Source: Felis catus (taxonomy: Eukaryota). From it: a stretch of 64,000 nt of DNA. The notes beneath the pieces are model-generated. The model was not told where the DNA came from. It did no database searches and saw only the letters and a program-made list of their open reading frames with translations. Location: the NCBI RefSeq assembly GCF_018350175.1, contig NC_058368.1:52640001-52704000 (forward strand), given 5' to 3'. Of the stretch, positions 13,721-24,244 are shown one piece after another; the first letter of the stretch is position 1, and every line of letters begins with the position of its first letter. The position numbers and the translations under genes are program-made.

Positions 13721-15399
13721 CACACACACAATCCCTTAGTTGAACATAAGCAAATGAAACAATCGAAACATATCTGTTTTCTTTAAAACTGGGAAGAAAG
13801 AGACTCTCGCTCAAAGGCGTTTCATTTCCTCTCATTTAGGTACATTTTCAGAGGAAATGCACGCCCCCGGGAGATAACTCTCTGCCCAAGTTAAATAGGT
13901 CCTACCTGCTTTTTAAAATGCCTGCATTTCCATTGCTAACTCATAAAACGTATTTTAAGCAAGATAGTTGAGGTCCAATCTCAGCCTCAGAGCCCCTTGT
14001 TACATTCTGCTTCTCTTTCTCTTTCGTTCATGACAACGCTTTCGTAAAGTCGCATAAATGATCAAAATTAACATAAATCATTATTAGTTATTAGGATTTG
14101 CTCTAAATTACACTGTGAATATCGCACCAGCCCCATCTGCCGCCCCTGCTCTCGCAGCAATAGATTGCAGATAAAATAAATGTCCTTACCCCATTAGAAG
14201 GTTCCTGTCTCTGTAGCCAAAAGCCAAACAAAAGCAATAAATACCGGGCTTTTTCTCTCCACTATTCAGCTGTGACTCTTTTCATCAGCTCTTCCTCTAG
14301 AAAAGCTCGATAGCTGTCTGAAAATATTGCATTTTATATCACCAAAGGGCGATTAATATTGCATTAACTGTATTTAACATTTTTTAAGCACGAGTAATCT
14401 ACAATGAGTTGGTTTCTGTTAATCGGTACGGGGGTATCAGAACTACTGCAGACCGCTTAAAATATCCGTATAAGCATATTATTTGTCTCACACTTTGTTT
14501 TGTTTTGTTTTAAATATACTGTTAGAGTGTAGCGCGCAATGTTTGAAGTGGAAGAAGCCTTGCTAATGGTCTGCTTAAAGTATTCTGACACTGACTGGAG
14601 ACAGCCAGGTCCCTGCCTTCATTAAATGTTTATTGTCAACACTTGGCGGGGGCGGAGGGGGTACAGGGTGGGAAGAGACTGGTGAAAGTGTATTTCCTCG
14701 GCTGGAAATCGTCAACACTTTGTTTAATTCTGATCCATGCCTACAAAAGTTTGTGTACATTACGCTGCACTAAAACCAGGAGTCAGAGTTACCAAACTTT
14801 TGTTTGTAATTCATTTTACCTAACCAATGCGGGCAGTCTGTCTTCCTCCTCCCTCCTTCCATTTGCCACTTCTCTGTCCTAGCTCTCTCTTAGCATCCTT
14901 AGTTTCCCTTCTGGTCTTCCAATCCTCTTGCCTTTGTAAATCAGAGAGAAGCGACCTCCGGGGCATTCCGGCTTGGGGCTGGGAAGGGGACTGGGCGCTT
15001 TTTGCAGGGGCAGGACGCTGGACGCACGAATTTGTGCTTTGCCAGCTTCTCTTGGACCGAGATTTTTCAACCTCCGTTTTGCGACCCAGGATTCTACTTA
15101 ATTCTCCCGGACGGAAGCAGAGTGGCCAGGCTTCCTCGCACCCTGGGTACAAATCGTTGCCTAATAAACTCAAATCCATAACAGGGCTTTGATGGTGTGC
15201 ACCTTAACAACAACAACCAAAATCTAAGGTCTCACTCCTCCCAATTATTATTTAAATGTAAACCAGTTTTGGAAGTTTCTTGGTGTTTTAAGGCGTCCAG
15301 TTGACTTAGGCAAACTGTGGGGAGGAGAGTATTTTTAACCTCGGTAAGACACTAGTCCCTTCCCTTTTCTCTCGGGACATCTTCAAAGGCACTTACATG

Positions 15400-16920
15400 G
15401 CGGGAGAGGACCCGAGAGCGCCTAATTACCAGCTGCGGAACTCCAGCTCAGCTCACGACAGGAACTAGAGCACGCAGCGCGCATGTGCGAGCTCGGCGCG
15501 CCCCCAGCGCACACCGTGCGCGCCGCGTCCGCCCCGCGCTCTCCCCGCGGTCCGCGCCCCGCGCGCCACCTGCCACCGCTGCGCAGGCGCGCCGGGCGAC
15601 TGGGCCTTGGACCGCTGGTCGGTCAGGGCGTTTTGCGGCCAGGCCAAGTCCCTGCCTGGGCCTGCCGGCCAGCGGCTGTCCCGCCGTCCGAGAGAAACTG
15701 CGGCCTCGGGTGGCTGGAAGCTTCCAGGCCGCGAGTCTCCCGGCAAGCGGTGGAAAGGTGCAGACCCGGCGTCCTGCGGTCGCTTGGCGGAGGCTCACAC
15801 GCTTGGGGCGCTGGGATTCCCCGCGCGGACGGCCCCGGGTGGGCGGGTGTTTCCATCGCAGAGGGAGAACCCTATACGGGTCGGGGGAGGGCGGGTCTCT
15901 CCTGGCTGCAAATTATGACCCAATCAGCTCTGCCTGTGGTTTGAAACGGCACCCGCCAATCCACCCGCTCAGAAGTCCGAAGTCTACCCCGGATGACAAG
16001 TGAGCTGCGGACCGCGGCAGCTGGAGGGGAGGGAGCAGCCCCACGAGGAGGACGCCGAAATAACTCCCTGAGTCCAAGGGGCGCTTGTCCGCTCCAGTTT
16101 TGAGGCCCTTCCCCGCCGGAGCCCAGCCCTACAGATCCTCCAGATTCGGGCCGAGGGAGAGGGAGGGCTGCCCGTCTCCCATCAAGCTGACTTGACAACA
16201 ATTATGAAAGTTTTAATTAGCTTCTTGTTATCATTCATTTTATTAATTTCCAGAACTCTCAAGCCATGAATTATTCAAAGGGCAAGGCAACCGGAGCGGG
16301 GCGGTCGCGCGCCCCCGCCGCACGTTCCCGGCCCGGCTCCGGCAGCGCCGCTCGACTGCCGCCCCAGAGGGCGTGAGCCGGCCCGGCGCCGCCAGCCGCG
16401 GTGGCGCGAAGGTTTGATCAAATATTAAATAACGTAATTATTGCGACAAGGCTTATCTCGCAGGTGGAAAAGAGGCTCCCCGCGAGAATTAGAATTCGGC
16501 TGCTATTTTTTAAAAAATCAATTAAGCTTGCGGTCTCCTTTGAAACCGCCGGCGAGCTCTACGTGGCTCTCTCATCGTGGGGCTAAGACCCAGGCGCCAG
16601 TAACACCGATAAGCAGAACCGTACCAGATAATAGATGTGGTCATCACCCGTATCATCCCGCTGGCCACCAAGGCAGCTCGAATGGGGTGGGGAACACTGC
16701 TTTTTAGCCAGAGTCAGAACTCGCAATTCCAACTTCAAGGACTCGACTATGAAAGCTCATCCCTGTTAAAGATGGAGCAGGGATGCTTCATGCAGGGTTG
16801 ACGCGAGGGGCCCGGGCGACAGGGCAGAGGGCGGTGGGCGCGAGCTGGCCAGATGAGTCCTGGGGCTAGGGCGCCCTGGTTTCTCTTGGCGTGGCTACGT
16901 GTGGTAACGCGACCGAAGTA
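15400..16920. promoter_or_regulatory. CpG island downstream of POU4F1
   Basis: CpG-dense, with GC boxes and no credible coding ORF. Confidence 0.8.
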
Positions 16921-18498
16921 GTCTTAGTATCACAAGAAAGTAAAAATCGATACAGTCACGGCAGTGGGTGCCTACAGTTTATTTATGAGAGTGTAATCTA
17001 AGTTGAGAGCAATTCAGAACACGCATTAAACAATCTATTCAGAAGTTAGTTGATGTGTCTTGAGGACATCATTTCTTAGACCTATAGAAGAGCAGGACCC
17101 TGAGCTAGGGCTGGGGAAAAGAAGAAATTTAAAATGAATGGATGACATAAACGTTGGCAGGTGCATTTCATGCTTGCTTTTCTTTTGCCCTTTCTACTCT
17201 TCTACCGCCTGGATTTCCTGAGAAGCTGAAATATAAACGGAGCACAAGTCCCCCACTGTCTCCAACTTACTTTAAGATTATTTTTTTAATGTATGGGAAC
17301 CACACATTTTACTATTTCCACTCACCGTCTGGTTTCAGAATCTGCTTAGAGTGGTTTTTCTTCACAACCAGAAAACTTTGAAAGGACAGCTACCGCTGAG
17401 TGACCAGCCTTTGCACCTGCTTAAGGAGGACGTTTGCTTGCTTCTTCATAAATTGACAAAGGTGTCATAGAATAGTCTTATTATTCCTTCCCGCAATACA
17501 CAGATTCACTCACTAGATAGCAAAGCATTTCTTGTTTTGCACAGTTTCCTACTACATAAAATAGGAAACTCTGCAAAGCATGTGTTTTCGTTATGTTTTA
17601 TTAACATAATATTGTCTTTTTATTTGGTAAGGATTTTACTTAATACAAAACAAATGCTTAAGTTCTTATTACATACATTGGTCATCATTATATAATACAA
17701 ATGTATTTGCCTGCAACATTCCTGTTTGGAACAGATTTAAAAAAAAAAAAAACAGCCTTTGTTAAATCTTTTCATTTGTTCATTCCTGGTTCTCCAACAA
17801 TGAAATCCGGTCATACTTTCCTATAAAATAATGGTTTGTTTGCTTCTTTTTTTACAAATGCATTTTATTAAAAACTTTGATGACATTTCAAGTCAACAAC
17901 AGAAACAAATCAATTTTGATGGAAGAGATCTATTTTTAAAAATACCTCTAGTGCTTTTTTTTAAACATTAACAACTGTTTAAAATCACAGCTTTTTAAAT
18001 GTACTATTCTGTTTTGAACATCAAGTGTTTTGTTTCACAGATTTGCCGGTGAAATTAAAAAGATTTGGCTAAAATAGGATGATGTCAGAAGATATAATCC
18101 CAGCTATTAAGAAACTTTGTACATTTGGCATCTGATTTAGTCTTGGGTCACCAGGAAATAAAGTATCTCTGGTCTTTCTGGAGCAGTAGGTGGCACACTA
18201 AATGTTCCAAACGAACAGAAGCATTTGACATGGTGGCTGGGCAGATCAGTGGATGATTTTTTTTTAATATTTATTAACTTCCAAAGGAAAGTCATTTACT
18301 TTTTAAGAAATGTTTATAGGCTAGGATAACATACACAAACCTTCAAATGCCTCTTTCCCTGAACCTCAATTTAATTTGGGGGGGGGGGGTACCTGGTTAT
18401 TTATTACCTCCCAGCACTCTGAAATGAGGGCTGTGGTTTAAGAGTTTCTGTAGTTCAAAAAAAAATTGATAAACACAGGCAACTAATATAGAATTCAT

Positions 18499-18504
18499 TT
18501 TATT
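18499..18504 (-). terminator. Candidate polyadenylation signal of POU4F1
   Basis: AATAAA with a downstream GU-rich and U-run element. Confidence 0.55.
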
Positions 18505-19520
18505 CAGAGCACCGCTTTTCACATGAGTTATCTGAAAGTGAATTCTGATTCAGCAGAAAAATACATCATTCTCACCCCTTCCTCACTTTTTATCCCCCTT
18601 TCAATATCCTCCCCTGTATTTGTGGTTGAATTGAGTCTTGTTTTCTGACCGGCTCTACCAGGATTTGGCCCAGTATAAACAAAAATGCACCCAAATCATA
18701 AAACTGCTCTTCTTTCAGTTATGTTTTATTTGTAAGCATACTGGGACACATCCCCCTGTTGTATTTTGGCGCACAGAAATGGTTCTAATAGAAGTGGGGA
18801 GGGGGGAAAAGGTAATAGAGCAAAGACATAACCAAGGAGAAAGCTCAGCAGACATAACATGGACAGGTAGATCAATCCGTGAGACATTTCAGGATTAACA
18901 CTGGCAGTTTGTAACCACTGTGTGAGTGTGTGCATTAAAGAAAATATTTACAGTAATCTTCCTTTTTTTCCCCTCTTCCTCTAAATACAAGAATATGACA
19001 AGAATGTTGTGTTTTCGGTGAAAACAGGCAGTAGACTGTGAAATCACACTATCCACAAAACGGTCTATCAGAAAGCTAGCCCAGTTTAGTGCTCAGTTTC
19101 AAATGCATAGAATGTTTGCGCTGCAAACAATGATATACAACGTAATTAAATAAATAATGCCTAACCAGAGTGAGACCTAATTGTGTTTCTTTCTGCACCT
19201 TTCAGATCATGCATGATTTCAGTCTTGTTAAATGGCAGAGTTTTCCTTTCCTCATTTGTCCGGTTTTTAATTTTTTAGTTCTTATTAAAGGATGGTAATA
19301 AACCATCTCCACATGAGATCGAAAGAGTATCTTGTGCACCAAGCACGCATTTTACCTAACCACCTTCAACTGTCTTTCTCTTTTTTTTTAATCCATCAGT
19401 TCATAAAGTATCTTGATTATTACTATGAAATACTATACATGATTTTCTATTTGGGAGACTGATAGTGCAAATTAAAGTTCTTGCTACCCAACATTTATCC
19501 CCAGCAATAAATTACTTTTG

Positions 19521-19556
19521 AATAATAATAATAGTAATAATAATAATAATAATAAT
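19521..19556. repeat. Imperfect (AAT)n in the POU4F1 3'UTR
   Basis: Direct read. Confidence 0.9.
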
Positions 19557-21025
19557 GAAACACAGTTGTTCTGCTTTCCACCCCAACATGCAGACCCCTT
19601 TGAAACAAACAGAGGGCTTTAAACCTGTCTTCCTCTCTTCTGGGATTTAGTTGATTTTTCTCCCAGCCAAGTCCTGCTCCAATTGAAAGCAGAAACTTCT
19701 CGGATTTCAACGATTTCATGTTCTCTAAAAGAGAAAGAAAGGGTACCTAGAAGAGCAAGACGGGTCTTGTTCTGGGGAGAAAATGGGACAGAGTATCTCT
19801 CCTAGTGTCTTCCACCCCATCAGTCTAACTGAATCAATGGGGGGCGGGAATCAGTAGGTAGTTTAAAATAAACCACACTAAAAAATAAATGAAGGGGCAG
19901 CACGGTCCATGGGGAGGGGGGGCCAGGGAGGGGAGGAAGCTTATTTTGAAATAATGTTTTCCAGATCTTAGATACAAAAGCAAACATGAAAAGAGAAAAA
20001 CCTTGCTAAAATGGTTTTACTTCACTAGAATAAAATACTTCGGGACCCCTAAATTCTGCCTTTTAGTCAGCTCAAAGACTGTGTGTGTCTCTCTCTCCCT
20101 AACCGTCCCCACATGACAGTGACCAGGCCACAGTAGAGGCCAGGTCACCAGAAAACTTGGGACCCCTGAACAGCCACCCTCCCCCTTTCACCTGTGCTCC
20201 CACTCACTTTCCAGCAAATGGAGAGCAGCTATTGGATTCTCATTGGAAGCGAGAAAAATAAATCAAAGAGGACAGGGATGGGGTGGAGGTGACACTTGGA
20301 GGGAAAAAGTAAACACTGAGACAGAACAACTAGCTTCGCTACCCAGAATTTCACCCTCTGGTTCGTTTAGTTTTCGGTTTTTAACTCAGTTCATGTATGT
20401 AGGGTTGGGGTTGGTGGTAATAATGGTGGTGCTCTTTTTTCTCTTCCTTAGGGGGTAATGAAGCTGCAGAATACGGCTCCCCAGACTTAAGTTACTAAAG
20501 CATTTTTTCTTTGCTTTTGTTCTGTTTTGTTTTAGTTTGTCTTTATTTGTCTAGGTTTTTTTGTTGTTTTTGTTTTTTTTTGTTTTTTGGTGGTTGGTAG
20601 GTTTGTTTTTGTACGTAGTTCCTTGGTCCCCAGGAGATTTTGACAAGTGTCTCTGGTCAAAAACAGTCCATTTCCCTACTCTTCCCCACTCTCCCCCCAC
20701 CCCAACCCCCAGAACCAACCTGCTCCTCAAAACCCCTCCTCCAGTCTCCGCTTTCCTTCCCCTCAACTCCCCGCTCACCCAAAAGGTCCCTCTTTTTCCC
20801 CCACCTGGCTCTTGGGTGTCCACACCCAGCACCCAGTCCTCTTTGCTGTGGAGGATCAGGGGCAGAGGGAGCACAGAGAGGGTGGAAGAGAGTGCTCGAG
20901 GAGGGACTCCCCAAATGCAAGCAGGATAACGGACACTCCAAGTCTAGGGGGAAGCAGGCCCAAAGAAAGCTCCCGAAAAGCCCCTTCAGCTCCCCGCTCT
21001 GCCCCGCCCCGCACCTCCCACCCCC

Positions 21026-22168
21026 TCAGTAAGTGGCGGAGAATTTCATCCGCTTCTGCTTCTGTCTCTGGTTGCAAAACCACACCCGCACCACGTTCTT
21101 TTTGAGGTCCAGTTTCTCGGCGATGGCGGCGATCTTCTCGGAGGAGGGCCGGGGTTGTACGGCGAAGTAGGCCTCGAGGGAGCGCTTCTCCGGCGCTGCG
21201 ATGGAAGTCCGCTTGCGCTTCTTCTCGCCGCCGTTGAAGAGCTCGGGCTTGTTCATTTTCTCGCGCTGCGCGCCCTCGGCCTCCTCGAGCCACGCCTGCA
21301 GGATGGGCTTGAGCGCGATCATGTTGTTGTGCGAGAGCGTGAGCGACTCAAACCTGCAGATGGTGCTCTGGCTGAGCGAGCCCACGCCCGGGATCTTGAG
21401 GTTGGCCAGCGCCGAGCCCACGTCGGCCTGCGTCACGCCCAGCTTGATGCGCCTCTGCTTGAAGCGCTCGGCGAACGCCTCGAGCTCGCGCGGGTCCGTG
21501 TCCGAGTCGCAGATGGACGCCAGGCCCGCCGCGCCCACCACGGCCGCTGCCGCCGACGCCGCCGCCACCTGCCCGGCCGCCGCCGCCGCCGCCGCCGCTG
21601 CCGCGCCGTGGTGCGCCGCCGCCGCCACCAGCCCGGGGTGCGGCAGACCCGACGGCATGTTCATGGCGGCCGCCGCCGCCGGGTGCGACAGGTGGCCTAG
21701 GCCGTGCATGTGCGGATGCGGGTGCGCCGAGCCGCCGAGCAGCCCGCCGCCCGGGCCGCCGCCGCCGCCCCCCGGGCCACCGCCGCCGCCGCCGCCCCCG
21801 GGGCCGCCGCCGCCTGGGCCGCCGCCGCCCCCCGGGCCGCCGCCGCCCCCCGGGCCATCGTGGGCGCCGCCGCCGCCGCCCGCCGCGCCCGCACCACCCG
21901 CGCCGGCCATGAGCGCGAGCGAGGGCGACGAAATATGGTCCAGCAGGTCGCCAGGCTCGAGCGCCTGGTGGTGGTGGTGGTGGTGGTGGTGGTGCGCCAG
22001 CGGCACGGTGGACGTGGACGTGCATGGCACGCTGTTCATCGTGTGGTACGTGGCGTCTGGCTTGAATGGGTGGCTCTTGCCCTGGGACACGGCGATGTCC
22101 ACGGCCGCCAGCGCCTCTGCCCGCGCCAGCAGCGTTTCGTCTAGGCTGGCGAAGAGGTTGCTCTGCAG
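21026..22168 (-). CDS. POU4F1: POU4F1 coding exon 2: POU-IV box, poly-His, Gly/Pro and poly-Ala tracts, POU-specific domain and POU homeodomain; total protein 421 aa
   Basis: Acceptor cctgcAG at 22170-22169. Reads [24 protein letters not shown]...[27 protein letters not shown]...[22 protein letters not shown], with TGA at 21028-21026. The Gly/Ala tracts and C-terminal ATY match Brn3a rather than POU4F2/3. Confidence 0.98.
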   Translation of the reverse strand: MQSNLFASLDETLLARAEALAAVDIAVSQGKSHPFKPDATYHTMNSVPCTSTSTVPLAHHHHHHHHHQALEPGDLLDHISSPSLALMAGAGGAGAAGGGGGAHDGPGGGGGPGGGGGPGGGGPGGGGGGGGPGGGGGGPGGGLLGGSAHPHPHMHGLGHLSHPAAAAAMNMPSGLPHPGLVAAAAHHGAAAAAAAAAAGQVAAASAAAAVVGAAGLASICDSDTDPRELEAFAERFKQRRIKLGVTQADVGSALANLKIPGVGSLSQSTICRFESLTLSHNNMIALKPILQAWLEEAEGAQREKMNKPELFNGGEKKRKRTSIAAPEKRSLEAYFAVQPRPSSEKIAAIAEKLDLKKNVVRVWFCNQRQKQKRMKFSATY

Positions 22169-22862
22169 CTGCAGGCGACACAAACCAAACCAAAACAAAA
22201 CACACACGCACACACAAAACAAAAACAAAACAACAACAAAAAAAAAGCAGAAACACAAAACAAAACCACACACAAGCCGGAAAGCACAAGCAAAGGGCAA
22301 ACCAAACACAAAGCAACCAAAATAACAATAACGGGGGTGGGGATAGTGGAGAACAGGAAAGACGGAATGGGGGCACATTGGGGACGAGACAGGGGGGATA
22401 GATGAGTGGGGACGTATGTGTGGGGAGGGGGACAGATGCAGGGGAGAGGGGAACACAAGAACACATTCCGGGAACCGGCGTGGGAGACCAAAAAGGAGGG
22501 GGAAAAGAAGAAGAAATGGAGATGTAACTCGCAGCTGGGGACCCGTGTCACGCACCCGAACACGCACAGAGACCGCCTTTCCGAGGCGTGAAATTAACAG
22601 AGAAAGTGGAGGGAAGTCGAGAGTCACGGCCCCGGCGCTCCCCACTCTGATAGCAGGCGCCCGACACAGAGGCAGAGGCGACGGGAACACGACATTAAGC
22701 GCCACTGGACAAAACGTCCCTCGCAGCGGGATTCCTCTAAAAATCCCTGCCCGCAAATCCCCGCACCTGGACCTGTGCGCACACCAGCACCCGACATGCA
22801 GTGTCTCGGAGACGGGGAGGGGGCAGGCGCGCGGGCCGGGGCCGCGGGCGTGGGGCGCTTAC

Positions 22863-22985
22863 CGGCGGCGTGGGTAGGCAGGCCCGCCGGATGGCCTCAG
22901 AGCTGGAGTGCAGCGACGGGTACTTGTGCTCAGGGAGGGTGGGATGCATGGCAAAGTGAGGCTGCTTGCTGTTCATAGACATCAT
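22863..22985 (-). CDS. POU4F1: POU4F1 (Brn3a) coding exon 1, 41 codons MMSMNSKQPHFAMHPTLPEHKYPSLHSSSEAIRRACLPTPP
   Basis: ATG at 22985-22983 (context aagATGA). Characteristic POU-IV N-terminus. GT donor (gtaagc) at 22862-22861, phase 0. Confidence 0.97.
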
Positions 22986-23432
22986 CTTGATGGCTTGGCA
23001 TGTAAATCCACAAACACTCCGAAAGTCTGCCGGAAAGTGCGCACGCCGGCTCCCCCGGCCTCCCTTCGGAGGCTGCAGCCGCGGCGGCTGGCGGCACGGA
23101 GGCGGCGGCCGCGCCGGGGGCTGCTGCTGCTCCTCTGCTGCCGCCGCTGCCGCCCGGCGCTCCCTTTGACCGTGCAGAGCGCCGCGCACCGGCCTCGCGA
23201 TCCCACTTCTCCTACAGCTCTAGCCCCGCGCGCCGACGGGATGCACTCCTCTTACACCTGAGCCCCACTTCTCGCGGCCGGTTCGGGGAGCTCTCGCGAG
23301 AGCTCCCGGCCCCGCAGCGCTGACAGGCATCAGCTGTCTCTGTCTGTCTGGCGCGCGCTCTCTCTCTCCGCGGCGCCGTGCGTCTGCGCGCGCGCGCGCG
23401 CTCTCCCGGCCGCGACAGGCGCTTGGGAGCCG

Positions 23433-23440
23433 CTCTTATA
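23433..23440 (-). promoter_or_regulatory. Putative TATA box (TATAAGAG) of POU4F1; implied TSS ~23405-23410
   Basis: Isolated TATA motif in a GC-rich island ~450 nt upstream of the ATG, in the correct orientation. Confidence 0.6.
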
Positions 23441-24199
23441 GTGACCACCAGCAAGGACAGCGCAGGTGATGCACCTGTAGCTACCCGGGCATGCGCACTT
23501 GCACGCCTCACCTTTCCCACCGCGGCTCTGGAAAGATCAAAAGGGCTAGCTATTGTCTGAGGGTACGCACCTTTTAGGGGGAGAAAGACAAGATGCTCAC
23601 AAGCCCGGTGGTGTTTTCCCTCTCTCAAACTCTCCCCCATCCCCACCGCAAGCCCTGAATATATGCGCATTACTTAGGCACACCTCCACTCCGGGATGTC
23701 TAACAAGCTGTTATATAATGTATACAGCTGGATATTTGTATGTTAAATTATGCCCGCGCATTCCTCTGTATACAGTATAAATAACAACACAGAAATGCAG
23801 AAGACGCTGTCTTTTGCTGCAAGAACCCGTTTCTTTCAAGGTTTATAAATAGGTTCCTGGAGGATAATCGCGGTGACAGACATTTGTTTGAAGCAGTCAG
23901 ACGCTATTGATTTCCATATAATTTAATTTCCTCCGCATACTTTGTTGTTGTTGTTGTTGTTGTGAATATAACTGTGTCAGGCACCGACAGTGACAGCCAC
24001 TTAGGAGCCACAAGGAGCGTGTGCGTTCTACCAGGGAACCGCTGTTGAAATGAAATTGTGCATTTCTCTTATTGTTTGTCTCCTTTAACCGTGTACAAAC
24101 CCACATTTCAAACGAGCTCCGGGTGATCTGAGGCTTCTAGTAATCAAAAGGAAAAATAGTTAACAGGGTGTTGTTGGGATCCTTTCCTCTCCTCAGCGT

Positions 24200-24201
<2 letters not shown>

Positions 24202-24244
<43 letters not shown>

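Larger units (their letters stand above)
18480..21025 (-). other. POU4F1: POU4F1 3'UTR (approximate)
   Basis: Repeat-free sequence following the stop codon. AATAAA at 18504-18499 is followed by GU/U-rich tgcctgtgtttatcaattttttttt. A further AATAAA lies at 17869-17864. Confidence 0.6.
20980..23550. promoter_or_regulatory. CpG island covering the POU4F1 promoter and gene body
   Basis: Very high GC and CpG density by inspection. Confidence 0.9.

Noticed and set aside
15448..16201. Multiple overlapping 100-170-aa ORFs in the downstream CpG island (likewise 6239-6950 and 27100-28900)
   Set aside because: Low-complexity Arg/Pro/Gly/Ala ORFs in all frames are expected from stop-codon scarcity in GC-rich DNA; no domains.
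20505..20610. A-rich tract (mRNA sense) ~450 nt after the POU4F1 stop as a transcript end
   Set aside because: A genomic A-rich stretch that would cause oligo-dT internal priming, so an apparent 3' end here cannot be trusted without independent evidence.
21201..22325. 374-aa plus-strand ORF antisense to POU4F1 exon 2
   Set aside because: Shadow ORF from GC-rich codon bias and repeats (poly-W and poly-P mirror the His and Gly tracts); no independent coding signal.
21026..22756. 576-aa ORF taken as a single-exon POU4F1 protein
   Set aside because: It has a non-ATG start in the intron. The real N-terminus is exon 1 (22985-22863), with canonical splice sites.
23441..23465. Possible REST/RE1 site next to the TATA box (GGACAGCGC)
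   Set aside because: Only the right half-site matches; the left half and spacing are non-canonical.
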